Assembly (NCBI RefSeq): GCF_021028975.2
Contig: NC_059438.1
Location: 31,620,001 to 31,684,000, forward strand
From: Sphaerodactylus townsendi
Lineage: Eukaryota
Reading direction: 5' to 3'
Length of the DNA stretch: 64,000 bases
Below are positions 34,861 to 47,317 of the stretch, piece after piece. Position numbers and translations under genes: made by a program. Within the stretch, counting starts at the first letter, position 1, and each line of letters starts with the position of its first letter. Under the pieces are notes generated by a model. It was not told where the DNA came from, did no database searches, and worked only from the letters and a program-made list of their open reading frames with translations.

Positions 34861-35341
34861 GCAGGCTTAATGATTTGTTACAGCCTTCAGTTATTATGTT
34901 TAACCCCTCCCTCCCTTTTATAGCTTTTAAAGTTTTTACTCCCCTTTAGAATTTATGTTTTTATTGTTTCCTGCCTCACAAGGTGTCTGTCGAGGTGGGG
35001 AGAGGAAGGGAAAGGAGTTTGCAAACCGCCTTGGGTCTCCTTACAGGAGAGAAAGGTGGGGTATAAATCCAGACTCTCCTTCTACGACTCTGAACACCAA
35101 GTGCATAATGTAATGGCTATATGCGCGTGCAAATGCCTGCGTTTTGCCTGCATATTCATTTCACCCATATGATTTTATTCCGATGAGACTTTAGCCCTTT
35201 TCTTCCAGGCTGTGCATTGCTTAAAACACACACACAGCTAACACCACAAGTGCTGCCTTCTGGGGAGGGTCTGTGCCCCCCCCCCCGCATGCAACTGAGC
35301 TGTCCAGAGGGGAAGGGGGACCAATCCCCAGTATGCCCCCT

Positions 35342-36732
35342 CAGTGGTGGGATCCAAAAATTTTAGTAACAGGTTCCCTAATTTGGTGGGATTAAAACGG
35401 TAGTACTTCAGCGTAATGTGGGAACTGGAAGGGGCATGGCCAGAGGGAATGGCCCGGCATTCCGGGGGCGGGGCATTAATAATTTCTCTGTAAAAAATTC
35501 TTACTGTAAAAAATTCTTACTGTAAAAAAAAAGTTCCTAATTTCCAGCTGGTATCTTTCTGTCCATAATTTAAACTCATGATAGCAAGCCCTATTGTCTA
35601 CTGCCACCAGAAACAACTACTTCTCCTCTAATTGACTGCCTGTCAAATACTTAATACTTTCAAATACTTAATTTTGTTTCTAGAAATCAAAAGAAGGATA
35701 CTTTCCTTAAACAAGGAACTTTACCATATTTCTAAAACATGTTTAAGAGCCCAACAGGGGAAATTACATTTTCTACAGCCATTTATTAACCAATACATAG
35801 GAAACGGTATGCCAACTGTGAAATCATTGAAGCGGTTCACTACAGTTTAGTGAAGATTCGCCATCACCACTGTTTGTTTAACAATATTCTGACGAGGGGC
35901 TAATACATTTCCAATACTCCAAAATAATTTTGCTTTAGATTAAGACATGAAATTCCATTAAACACGCTATGGATCCGATGGACCATTCCTACTGCATAGG
36001 CTAGATATCAAGGCTACTATGCCAGGATACACAAGGTCATGAACTTTTTTTAAAAATTGAGTAAGCATTAGTAGGCCTTAATTACCTTTAAACATTCACT
36101 TACCACAGAATGTCTTTGTAATCCTTTTGACCCACGAATACCTAAAAATCGGTCATTAACACTCCCTTTTTATTCCTGGGTGACCTTAGGCTAGTCACAG
36201 CATATTACCCACCTCACAGGGTGTTGTTTGTTTGTTGTGAGAGGGAAGGGCAACTGAGATTGTAAGCCTTTGAGTCTCCTGCAGGAAGGGAAGTAAGTCG
36301 ACTCTTCTTCTTCTTTAACCTTCTTCTGTTTTAAAGTAAAAAATAAACCAGAACATCATCCATTGTGAACGAGAATTCGCAATCCATACTGTATATTCTG
36401 CAAATATTTCACATTAATTAATCCAGGATTAGAGACACAGATTAGAATAACATTCTCACATACAGGAATACAGAGCTTTTGTGGCCAAGCAGCATGGTAA
36501 ATCACAATTTATCATAAAATGATCAGAGTGCCAAAATAAATAGCCTACCAAGCAAGTAAAGAGTCCCCTGGACCCAACAGTAGTTAAAGGGTCCCTCCTC
36601 TTACTAGCCAGCAAGCTCCGGGCTACGAGAAAGAAGAAGAGAGGGGGAGGCGAGGGCATGGAGACAGACACACACAAATAATTAGTAACCCACTCTTGGG
36701 AACTGGTGAGCACCTGCTGGATCCCACCTCTG
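35342..36732. mobile_element. Longer non-autonomous hAT element, same family as 63575-63966
   Basis: Ends CAGTGGTGGGATCCAAAAATTTT and GGATCCCACCTCTG match the reverse complement of the 63575-63966 termini; TSD not clean. Confidence 0.6.
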
Positions 36733-38003
36733 CCCCCCCACCCCCACCCCAATGTGTGCGCAACAGCTGCGCCGTCGTTCCTTTAAGGGGTGGGAAAATG
36801 CATGCAACAACCATGCTGATGTCATCCCCATGCGCCCGGAAGTGCTCCAGGCTGCCCCTGATCCTGCCTCCTCGGGAGTAAGCACCACTCACTGCAGTGC
36901 ATTGGCTTGTGCAGAAGAGACAGCGGCCGGGGCAGGTGAGAACCGCAGGGGGGAGGGTTGACTCTGCATGTAGGAAGGGGCTGGATTTGCAAAAGCAAAG
37001 ACCTCCCAGTTGCAAACTACTGTGTGCACGTATGTGTATTGGGGGGATATTGGGGAAAAGATGCATGCAGTCCCCAATCCCGCTTTGCCCCATAAAGGGC
37101 GCCCGGCTTTTCTCTGCTGCCGCCAACTCCAGGTGCAGAAATTCCTGGAGGTTGTTGGGGCGGGGAGAAGGGCAGGGTTTGGGGACGGGAGGGACCCCGG
37201 CTGGATGTCATGCCACAGAACCCACCCATTTTCCTCGAGGAGAACTGGTCTCTGCCTTCTGGAGATTCGCTGAGATATCCAGGCCCCACCTGGAGGTTGG
37301 CTACCCTAGCTGAAGCCAGGTGCTTTTGCAATTGCAACTGAAACAACAACCTGGACTCCGAATTAAATTTTTTAAAAGGGTTTCAGTCACGATTTGTAAT
37401 CTGCTGGGAGCTAAGCCTGGGCTTTGTTTTGCTTTTTGGTTTGTAGCGGGGATGCTCCGTGGGGTGGGCCCTAAAAGAGGCATCATCTTTGCTTGCCCGC
37501 ACAGTTGCCAACCTCCTCGGAGGACCTGGAGACCTCCTGCCGATTTCTGGCCTGCGGAGATCAGTTTCTCTGGAGGAAATGATAGTTTTGGCATTGGTTC
37601 CTTGCTGAGCTCCCTCCCCAAACTCCGCCTTCCCCAATTTAGGAATTTCCCAACCTAGATTTGGCAACCCTATTCAGACCTTCAGCAGGATCTGCAAAGC
37701 ATGGGACCATGTCAGAGGATGCCATGCATCTGTGGCTGTCACGGCAACATGAGCTGCCTCCAGCCATCTTTGGATTGGAGAAATTTTGTTTACTAGCAGG
37801 ATGTGGAGGGGCTGCTTCAGCACTGGTGCTGGGTTCATGCTTAAAAATCTGACTTACTCAAGGATCAGATGGGAACTGTGTGTATGTTTGCGCATGACGA
37901 CGAATGGATCAAGATGGGAAATACAGTGCTGATTGCAGTGGCGTACCTAGGGGGGATAGGGAGGGCTGGGGCCCCAGGCACCACTTGCAAGTGTCACATG
38001 AAC

Positions 38004-38303
38004 AAGAGGAGGAGGAGGAGTTTGGATTTATATCCCCCCCCTTTCTCTCCTGCAGGAGACTCAAAGGGGCTTACAATCTCCTTGCCCTTCCCCCCTCACA
38101 ACAAACACCCTGTGAGGTGGGTGGGGCTGAGAGAGCTCCGAGAAGCTGTGACTAGCCCAAGGTCACCCAGCTGGCGTGTGTGGGAGTGCACAGGCTAATC
38201 TGAATTCCCCAGATAAGCCTCCACAGCTCAGGCGGCAGAGCGGAGAATCAAACCCGGTTCCTCCAGATTAGATACATGAGCTCTTAACCTCCTACGCCAC
38301 TGC
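38004..38303 (-). mobile_element. Squam3-like SINE, young copy
   Basis: Near-identical to copies at 45648 and 47318. Confidence 0.9.
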
Positions 38304-39133
38304 GTAGAGGTTCATTTGGCTACCCCTGCCTCCCCATGAGAGCTGCTTTGCGCTGCATGCCACCATCATCTCCTCATCCTCCTGCACCCCCACCCACAAC
38401 CTCCACTAGCCTGGCTGAGAGGTAGGCAAGAAGTTGAGGGCACCCTTTTTCTCTGTCCCTCCCCGTGGGCACAATTTTGAGGGGAGGGTGCAATGAGGGG
38501 GCACAATTTCAGCACTTTTCCCAGGTGCCATTTTCTGTGGGTACACCACTGGCTGACTGTAAAGCAGAATTTGTTCCTGCTGGATCATGGCGTACAGTGG
38601 AGGTGAAAGGGCCCCCAAGTGGTGGTTTAAGTCTTAAAAAGGCAAGTATAATTGAAGTGAATAAACAATGTCTGCCTACCCTGGGCAGCTGGGGTAATGC
38701 TCAAGAGTTTATTAAAGTACATGAAAAAGTCATTAAAAGGAGCACTTGAAAAAAATCAAGAGGTTGGAACAACGTCCCAGTGAGGAAAATGATGACATTT
38801 GGGGCTTCTTCATTGCAAGAAAAGGCAAAGATGGCTCATCTGTACATGGAGAAAGACTTCTCATTGTGTTTCTCTTACCTTTCTGCGGGATTATTCCTGC
38901 AGCTTTCTTCCAGTGGTTTCAGGAGAGAGAAATGGGCAGTTGTGTTATCCCTGATGCCAAACCTGGCAACTGAAGCCTTTCCAATTTTGCCCTCTAGTGG
39001 GCAGCAGTGTTTACACATCTGCTTCTCATCTTTTGATACAACTGTACATTGGCTCTGGAAAGGAACATCAGCTTAGACAAGATTTTATTTTTATTTTTGT
39101 TAAAGAATTGCTGTGACCTGGAAGGCCCAGGTT

Positions 39134-39253
39134 AGCCTGATCTCATTACATCTCAGACGCTAAGCAGGGTTGGCCATGGTTAGTATTTGGATGGGAGACC
39201 TCCAAGGGATACCAGGGTTGCTGTGCAGAGGAAGCCAATGGAAAACCACCTCT
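39134..39253 (+). mobile_element. 5S rRNA-derived SINE head (5S-Sauria-like)
   Basis: Diverged 5S-like GCTAAGCAGGGT..GGTTAGTATTTGGATGGGAGACC followed by a non-5S body GCAGAGGAAG.CAATGG.AAACCACC; related copies at ~41961-42097 and ~1165-1765 (-). Confidence 0.7.
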
Positions 39254-39358
39254 GGGGTGCTGTCTGGTTTCCGGGCTGTATGGCCGTGTTCTAGCAGCAT
39301 TCTCTCCTGACGTTTCGCCTGCATCTGTGGCTGGCATCTTCAGAGGATCCTCTGAAGA
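39254..39358 (-). mobile_element. Penelope-like element palindromic repeat with minimal hammerhead motif, cut by a gap
   Basis: Minus strand TCCT-CTGAAGA-TGCC..GGC-GAAAC-GTC-AGGA; same family at 43290-43495, 58650-58870 and ~14843-14925. Confidence 0.75.
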
Positions 39359-41651
39359 NNNNNNNNNNNNNNNNNNNNNNNNNNNNNNNNNNNNNNNNNN
39401 NNNNNNNNNNNNNNNNNNNNNNNNNNNNNNNNNNNNNNNNNNNNNNNNNNNNNNNNNNNNNNNNNNNNNNNNNNNNNNNNNNNNNNNNNNNNNNNNNNNN
39501 NNNNNNNNNNNNNNNNNNNNNNNNNNNNNNNNNNNNNNNCCCCGCCGCGCACCCCCCCACCCCCCCCCCCACCCCCCCACCCCCCCACCCACCCCCCCCC
39601 CCAACCCCCCCCCCCCCCACCCCCCCCCCCCCCCACCCCCCCCCCCCCCCACCCCCCCCCCCCCCCACCCCCCCCCCCCCCCACCCCCCCGCCCCCCAAC
39701 CCCCTTCCCCCGCCCCCCCCCCACCCCCCCCCCCCCCCTCCCCCCCCCCGGCCCCCGCCTTCCCCCCCCCCCCCCCCCCCCCCCCCCCCAAGTTCCCATC
39801 ATCCCCTGCCAGCATCATGCTGGCAGGGGATGATGGGAACTGTAATCCATAACATCTGGAGGGCCACGAGTTTGACACCTGTGTTCAAGATGCTTCAAGA
39901 GCAACTTTACTAATTATATCTAATTCCTTGTCCTAGTTATATTTCTTTTTTCCTTGGGTTTTGAACTCAGTTATTCTGCATTTGGTAGCATGCATCAGTA
40001 GTCTGGACATCTGCAAAAGCAACATTGAGAACGTATCATGAAGGACTTTAGGGTCTGTCAAGAGGTTAAACTCCTAGCAAAGTCACTCCAGGCAGAACGG
40101 ATGCCATAAAAAGATGCATCCAGCCCCTTAAGGAATCAGTGGCCTCATCAGCAGAACAGACAGTTCCAGAGGGGGTGAAGGTGCAGGAATCCTTGCAGGG
40201 TAGCTACTGAACAGCAGCAGTCGTAGAAGGTGGGTTGCCCACTCTGGATTGGGAAATTCCTGGAGATTTGGGGTTTGAGTCTGGGAAGGGTGGGGTTGAG
40301 AAAGTCAAGAGACCTCAGTGGGGTATAATTCCAGAGTGTCCATTCTCCAAAGCTGCCATTTTCTCACCCCCCCCCCCCCCCTCCCCCCCCCCCCACCCCC
40401 CCCCCCCCCCACCCCCCCCCCCCCCCACCCCCCCCCCCCCCCACCCCCCCCCCCCCCCACCAGATTGGGAAGATGCATCTGGCCAGACAGAGTTTTGAGT
40501 TTCGAGAGGAAGCGTGGAGAGCTCTCAGCTTGTCTTCCCTTTCCCCCCAAATCCTTCACTGGGCCAGGAGCCCTTTCCGCATGTACTTTAATAATGCACT
40601 TTCAATCTACTTTCGCAATAGTTTGCAACTGGATTTCGCTATTTTGCACAGTAAAATCCACCTGCAAAGTGCATTGAAAGTGGATTGAAAGGGAATTATT
40701 CTGCATGTGCGGAAGGGGCCCCCCCCCCCATTCCTCTGCCATGTGAACATGAGCCTCTATTAGGTGACTGTGTGAACCAGTCATGTGACAGTCTGTTTGA
40801 CATCATGTGCAAACTGAACAATGTGCAAATTGATTGTAACTATGCTCACTGTGAAAGATGGGTGAGTGGTGGCGTCTCCGTCTTTGGGGGTTTTTAAACA
40901 GGCTGGACGAGCATATGTCGGGAGTGCTTCGATTGTGTGTTCCTGCATTGCAGGGGGTTGGACTTGATGGCCCTGGTGATCTCTTCCAACTCTTATGATT
41001 CTACAAGGCTGGCTGAATTTGGAATTTCACTCAGAAACATGGGGAAAAGAAGTATGCAAATGCTTCCTTCTATTTTTTGTTTGTGTTTAAGGACCCCCTG
41101 TTAGAATCCCCGCTGGGTTTCCTAACTCAAAAGGGGGTTTGCACGTGGCAGAGGACGCTGCTTTGAACTCACAGATTAAATTAGGAAAGCTCTTAATTTA
41201 CTGGCTTAATTCTACTGTTGATAGAAATGCCATTTTGACTCCATGTTGGCTGCTTTTGATGTGCTATGAAGTTAGCACCTGTGTTGAACAGACAGAAGTG
41301 TATTGAGGGGAAATGGAATCCGGGGGCAACAGCTTCTCTGGGCGCCCCCTGCACCGGGGGGCGGGCTTGGTCCAAGCCCCACCCTCGCCTCTCTGCAGGC
41401 CAACTCCTGCCTTCCCCAGGGCCTGGGGAGGGCAAAAGACGGCCTGCACGGAGGCCGGGGGGGGGGGCGAGGCTCAGCAGTGGCGAGTGGCCCAGGCGGG
41501 CAGCTGCAGCTGCCCGCCCCCAAGCCCCATCCCCTGCCTCCCTGCAAGGGGGGAGGGGTTCGGTGGCATGCACCCGGGGACATGGGAAACCCCATGTTCC
41601 TATAGGCTGTATGCCTCTGTGAGCAGATCTGTGAGCAGATCTGTGAGCAGA

Positions 41652-41912
41652 TTATGACTGTATGACTATAGCCTGTGCTGACATTTCATTTTATTTTATG
41701 ATTTTACATTTTATGTTTTTATTACTATTGATTGTTTCCTGATTGCTTACTAGACCTATATGACAATCATTAAGTGCTGTACCTTATGATTCTTGACAAA
41801 TGTATTTTCTTTTATGTACACTGAGAGCATATGCACCGGAGACAAATTCCTTGTGTGTCCAATCACACTTGGCCAATAAAGATTCTATTCTATTCTATTC
41901 TATTCTATTCTA
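41652..41912 (+). mobile_element. Rex1-like LINE 3'UTR with (TTCTA)n tail
   Basis: Reverse complement of 24690-24910; AATAAA then (TTCTA)n. Confidence 0.78.
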
Positions 41913-42248
41913 GTAGGATTAAGGGTATTAGCTAAGAATAAGGAGATGTTACGTGTGTACGATCTCAGAAGCTAAGCATGATCAGTGCTTGGAAGGGAGA
42001 CCACCAAGGAAGGCTCTGCAGAGGAAGGCAATGGCAAACCACCTGCCTTTGAAAACCCCTCACTCGGGTTGCCACAAGTCAGCTGTGACTTTGTACATCC
42101 CTGTTAGTGTGAATTTAGAATTCAGTTCCAGTGGGATACAAGGTGCAGCCCACCACAGTGTACATCTCTGCTGGATTAGATCCCCACAGTTCCGCCTTCA
42201 CTGTTTCCATAAATTGACTATCTTTTTTTGTCCTTGCAGTGTTCTAAG

Positions 42249-42361
42249 ATGGAACCCAACAGAAAGCCTCCCCTTCAGGGTACCTTTGACTGCGAGCTCT
42301 GTGGGTTGCATGTCCCATACAGCTACTATGGAAATAAACCTCCGAATGCCTACTCCGTTAC
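42249..42361 (+). CDS. CDPF1: CDPF1 first coding exon (cysteine-rich DPF motif protein 1)
   Basis: Acceptor ttgcag ending at 42239, ATG at 42249, encodes MEPNRKPPLQGTFDCELCGLHVPYSYYGNKPPNAYSV; donor GTAAGT. Confidence 0.92.
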
Positions 42362-42799
42362 GTAAGTACATCCCGTAGGTCTCTTACCATTTGTTACCAG
42401 TGGTGTTTTGTGTAACAATTGCTGCATCTCTGCCAAGCGGGCAATGCCAGTGACTGATAAAGTTGGTAGAGCTTCGACCGTTGCTGCTTTTAGTGATTTG
42501 CGGAGAGGAGCAGCAGGGCTGATTGTATGCATGAACACACCCACATCTAGTCACTTAACCCTTCCTTTGCCTGTCCCTTTCCTCCTGTTCCTTTTCTGGT
42601 TGATTTTCTTCCCATAGACTTGCCTTCCCCCCTGTCTCCATGGCAGAGGAACATCTGGCTCCTCCCTGCTTGGCCCCCACTGTATTAAACACCTCTCATG
42701 GTGGGTGGGGGCTAGAGCAGGCAGGCCACAGCAGGGACTAATAGTAGGATTGGGAGGGGAAGGGGAAAAACAGTCATGTTTTTAAAATGTATTACAGTG

Positions 42800-43249
42800 A
42801 AAAGCGTGTTATAAATCTACTGTATTTACTCCAAAAGCTCGTTATAAAACTACTGTACTTACTCCAAAAGCGGGTTATAAATCTACTGTATTTACTCCAA
42901 AAGCGGGTTATAAATCTACTGTATTTACTCCAAAAGCGGGTTATAAATCTACTGTATTTACTCCAAAAGCGGGTTATAAATCTACTGTATTTACTCCAAA
43001 AGCGGGTTATAAACCAATGTACTTACTCCAAAAGCGGGTTATAAATCTACTGTATTTACTCCAAACGCGGGTTATAAAACTACTTACTCCAAAAGCGGGT
43101 TATAAATCTACTGTATTTACTCCAAAAGCGGGTTATAAACCAATGTACTTACTCCAAAAGCGGGTTATAAATCTACTGTATTTACTCCAAACGCGGGTTA
43201 TAAAACTACTTACTCCAAAAGCGGGTTATAAATCTACTGTATTTACTCC
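42800..43249 (+). repeat. 33-bp minisatellite, 14 units, in a CDPF1 intron
   Basis: Unit AAAAGCGGGTTATAAATCTACTGTATTTACTCC with 32-bp and 28-bp variants. Confidence 0.95.
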
Positions 43250-43289
43250 AAAAGAAGATGACCTTGAATGTAAAATTATTCTCCCATAT

Positions 43290-43495
43290 ATTGTCGAAGG
43301 CTTTCACGGCCGGAATCACTGGGGTGTTGTGTGGTTTCCGGGCTGTATGGCTGTGTTCCAGTAGCATTTTCTCCTGATAGAATTCTCTATCAGAGAATCC
43401 TCTGAAGATGTCAGCCACAGATGCAGGTGAAATGTCAGAAGAAAATGCTACTGGAAAACGGCCATACAACCTGGAAACCCCACAACACCCCAGTA
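43290..43495. mobile_element. Penelope-like palindromic element, degenerate
   Basis: Inverted arms plus TTGTCGAAGGCTTTCACGGCC end; hammerhead core shows CpG decay. Confidence 0.7.
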
Positions 43496-44556
43496 TTTTC
43501 CCATATTTAATAAAGTTTATTATTGGGCATAACTGTGAACGGTATGCAAATTTAATCCTTTCATTTCTTGATGGTACATGTGAAAACAATCTATAGTCTT
43601 TCAGGTAAATCTACTAAAGACAAGTAAGTACAGTTGGGACAAGCATCGAGGTGGGGAGAAAAGGGTGTTTCTCTTTGACAGTGTGAATCAAGTCCCTCTC
43701 CCTGCCCCTTTGTGGCAGCGACACAGGGGTTGGGTTCCCAATTCTGTGTTTGCCATTGAACATAAAGCTTAGCCCTGGATGGGCTTACTTTTCACATAGT
43801 GCAAAAAGACTTGTGATTGGTTAAAGAGGAAAGCGTACCCACCCACAAATGCCAAGTGCAGGTGTGGGTAGCACCCCCCGCCCCCCCCAGAGAGCCAGGA
43901 TCAACTGCAGCTCCTTGCTGAACAATCCTTGGTGGCAAACCTGGGTTTGTTTGCCATGTCACGAATGAAGCTGTTGAGGCTGTGAAGGAGGGCAGAGGCG
44001 AATTCGTCATCTGCATGAAGTGAAGAGTGACGGTGTCGGGTCCTGGATGTATCTCAGTGGCGGCAGGGTAGGAACGGTTATGCGGGGAGAAATCAGATGA
44101 GTGCAGAGCAGTCCTACCAGCTTCATGTGTGTGAAATAAAGGGAGCTGTACAGCTGTCCCTAGATCACGTTGCACGCGTCTCCGTATGGTGGAGATACCT
44201 CTTGGGATTAACACCTCTCTGTTGACAATCCCCTTTGTACGTCCTGTCCTGTGGGATGACCCCAGACCACCTGCTTGTTCTGAAGCCATAGAGCAACTCC
44301 TCTGCCTGCCAAGACAGGTAAATCTTTCACGTGGCTGTGAGAGAACACCTGTGGAGGTCTCCTCGGAAACCCACTCAGGTCAGTCCAGTAGGGTTTAGTC
44401 CCAGGATTTGCATGCAGGTAGCTCTCCATGAAACTATTTTTCTCTAGAAGCAGTTCTTTGTTTCCTACAACTTTTACTCGTTTGCAATGAGTATCTTTCA
44501 GGTCTATTTCAGAGCCATTTAAATACTGTGGCTTCCCTCAAGGAATGATGGGAATT

Positions 44557-44828
44557 GGAGGTGATGATGGCCACTAATCTGGATAGTTTTAAAAGGGGCT
44601 TGGACAGATTGATGGAGGAGAAGTCGATCCATGGCTCCCAATCTTGATCCTCCTTGATCTCTGATTGCAAATGCCTTAGCAGACCAGGTACTCAGGAGCA
44701 GCAGCAGCAGAAGGCCATTGCTTTCACATCCTGCATGTGAGCTCCCAAAGGCACCTGGTGGGCCACTGCGAGTAGCAGAGTGCTGGACTAGATGGACTCT
44801 GGTCTGATCCAGCAGGCTCCTTCTTATG
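44557..44828 (+). mobile_element. CR1 LINE 3' end
   Basis: Encodes EVMMATNLDSFKRGLDRLMEEKSI; ends TTCTTATG; homologous to 2650-2945. Confidence 0.85.
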
Positions 44829-45647
44829 AATTGGCAAGGGTCTTGAAAAGTGTCATTTAGAATTCCCTGTCCTTCCCTGCTCATAGTATTTCTGTTCCTG
44901 GTGAAAAAGGAAGGAGTCTTAAGTATGTACAGGCATAGAAACGTGTCCGGCGAATGAGGTGGAATTTACTGCAGAGGTATCTTGGGTGCACTTTCCTGGA
45001 GCTTCTGATAGTTAACAGGACCCCAAGAAGGGGGGGGGGGGAGTCATTCTTACTTGAAATCTTTGTGTTGAGCAGAACAGAATCTCTGCTTCAACTGCAC
45101 AGTGATCTGTGAATGAATGAATGTTTCTTTGGCCTGAGCCTCAGTCCCTGGGCAACAGAATCTATTTTGGTGCCTGGCAGCATTCAGCATCTCGAGTCTG
45201 CAAGAGGGGAGCGAAAGGGGAACAGGTTCTTCTGGCGGGTTGTTTGGCATGTGAGAATGCCCTTTAGAAACATCAGGCCATTTGGGAGAGGTCACAACAC
45301 TGGAGATGAAAAGGGGAGAGAGACTTGCCAGGTCTTGAATTCCGCTGAAGCAGCTTAACTCTCAGGCAGCGTTCTTCAGAAGAAGAGTTTGGGTTTATAC
45401 CCCACCTTACTCTCCTGTGAGGAGACTCAAAGCGGCTCACAAACTCGTTTCCCCTCCTCTCCTCACAACAGACTCCTTGTGAGGTAGGTGGGGCTGAGGG
45501 AGTTCTGAGAGAACTGTGACTAGCCCAAGGTCACTGAGGTGGAATGTAGGAGTAGGAAAACAAATCCATTTCAGCGGATTAGAGTCTGCCACTAGAGTGC
45601 ACCTGGCAGCCTGGGACCTGGGTAGGTTCCTTTCTGTCCTACAGAAT

Positions 45648-45948
45648 AGAAGAAGAAGAGTTTGGATTTATATCCCCCCTTTCTCTTCTGCAGGAGACTC
45701 AAAGGGGCTTACAATCTCCTTGCCCTTCCCCCCTCACAACAAACACCCTGTGAGGTAGGTGGGGCTGAGAGAGCTCCGAGAAGCTGTGACTAGCCCAAGG
45801 TCACCCAGCTGGCGTGTGTGGGAGTGTACAGGTTCATCTGAATTCCCCAGATAAGCCTCCACAGCTCAGGCAGCAGAGCGGAGAATCAAACCCGGTTCAT
45901 CCAGATTAGATACATGAGCTCTTAACCTCCTACGCCACTGCTGCTCCT
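45648..45948 (-). mobile_element. Squam3-like SINE, young (older copy adjacent at ~45378-45592)
   Basis: Full consensus in reverse orientation. Confidence 0.9.
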
Positions 45949-46130
45949 GAATAGCCCTGATGGCAAGGATATTCCCTCTCTGCAAGTGCGTGGCTCAGCA
46001 ACTTTCTGCAGGAGCAAAAGGCCAAGCAAAGGGCTCTTTAACCCCCTCCCTGCCAGTGCGAGCAGTGAGAAAGTCTTGCCAGGTCTTGCTGCAGTAGGTC
46101 ATCCCTGCTTATTTGTAGGATGTTAAGGGG

Positions 46131-46528
46131 AATGTTAAAGGGAAAGGGGCTCTTCCAAAGCCTCTGTTGTCATTCATGGGAAGTAGAGTGGAAGCCAGAG
46201 AGCCCTTTGCCTTGGCCTTGGAGGACTAAGGATGTTAAGGAGAAAGGGGCCCTTCCAAAGCCTCTGTTGTCATTCATGGGGAGTAGAGTGGAAGCCAGAG
46301 AGCCCTTTGCCTTGGTCTTGGAGGACTAAGGATGTTAAAGGGAAAGGGACTCTTCCAAAGCTTCTGTTGTCATTCATGGGGAGTAGAGTGGAAGCCAGAG
46401 AGCCCTTTGCCTTGGCCTTGGAGGACTAAGGATGTTAAGGGGAAAGGGGCTCTTCCAAAGCCTCTGTTGTCATTCATGGGGAGTAGAGTGGAAGCCAGAG
46501 AGCCCTTTGCCTTGGCCTTGGAGGACTA
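46131..46528 (+). repeat. 100-bp tandem repeat, 4 units, in a CDPF1 intron
   Basis: Units start at 46131, 46231, 46331 and 46431 with few substitutions. Confidence 0.95.
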
Positions 46529-46764
46529 GAAGAAGAGGAGGCAGGTCAGCTCTAATCTCTTCTGTTATTCACACTGTGGGGGAAAAAGCCCTTTGCCCAC
46601 ACCTCTTCCTTTAATGGATCGGGATTGCTGAGCTCGCCGCCCTGAATACAAGCCCTGTAAAATGTTGGTTGCTGATATCAGCCACGGGTTTTGTTGTGGG
46701 CATGACTTGCTTCCAAGCTGAACGTTGAGAGCTGTGTTTCAAGCGTGGCATTCCTTTCCCCCAG

Positions 46765-46876
46765 CCTCCTGGAAGACTGCTACGTCATGAGAGATCCGTT
46801 TACCTCTGACAAGGACAAATTCCTTATCCTTGGATCGGAGTGCAGTTTGTGTAGAAAGCGCGTGTGCGTTGGCACG
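46765..46876 (+). CDS. CDPF1: CDPF1 second coding exon
   Basis: 112-nt exon encoding LLEDCYVMRDPFTSDKDKFLILGSECSLCRKRVCVGT, including the DPF motif; ccag/GTGAGT. Confidence 0.94.
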
Positions 46877-47317
46877 GTGAGTAAACATGTGACGCTTGGT
46901 CATTTATAGCTCCGAAGGGAGTTTCTCGTACAGCAACCTCGGGACCTCAGATGAAAGAGTGCCCTCCCCCACTTCCCAGGAAGCTCTGCCACAACTGTTT
47001 TTGTTCTTTGCCACCATATAATCCCACAGAGTTACAAAGGATTCGCCAAATTTTCTTTGTAACATTATGCCCTCAGCTGTCCTGTTTCTTCAGCCGTTCC
47101 CGATGGCAGCACACTCATTTTACGCCCTAGATCCTATGTAAGTTTTTGTCCAGCCGATGCCCAGTTGGTTAATTCAGAATTGCTCTATTTTCCTTCATTA
47201 TTGGACTGTTTATGAGTATCCTATAACATCACATCATCTTAATCAGTAGAGCACATGCATGTGATACTGTCTGGTATTGAAGCCAGTGGTTAAGAGTGGT
47301 ATTGAAGCCTGTGGTTA

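Noticed and set aside
39134-39225. 5S rRNA gene
   Set aside because: Diverged, lacks 5S ends and continues into a SINE body; it is a 5S-derived SINE.
39146-40677. Gly-rich and Pro-rich ORFs
   Set aside because: Translations of poly-C tracts and N gaps; probably artefactual sequence.
42787-43364. CRISPR-like array or repeat protein (KRVINLLYLLQ)n
   Set aside because: Head-to-tail units with no unique spacers, no cas genes and a vertebrate intron context; the ORFs are by-products of a 33-bp unit.
46120-46614. Repeated short ORFs (CCHSWGVEWKPESPLPW)
   Set aside because: Frame rotation through a 100-bp tandem repeat in an intron.
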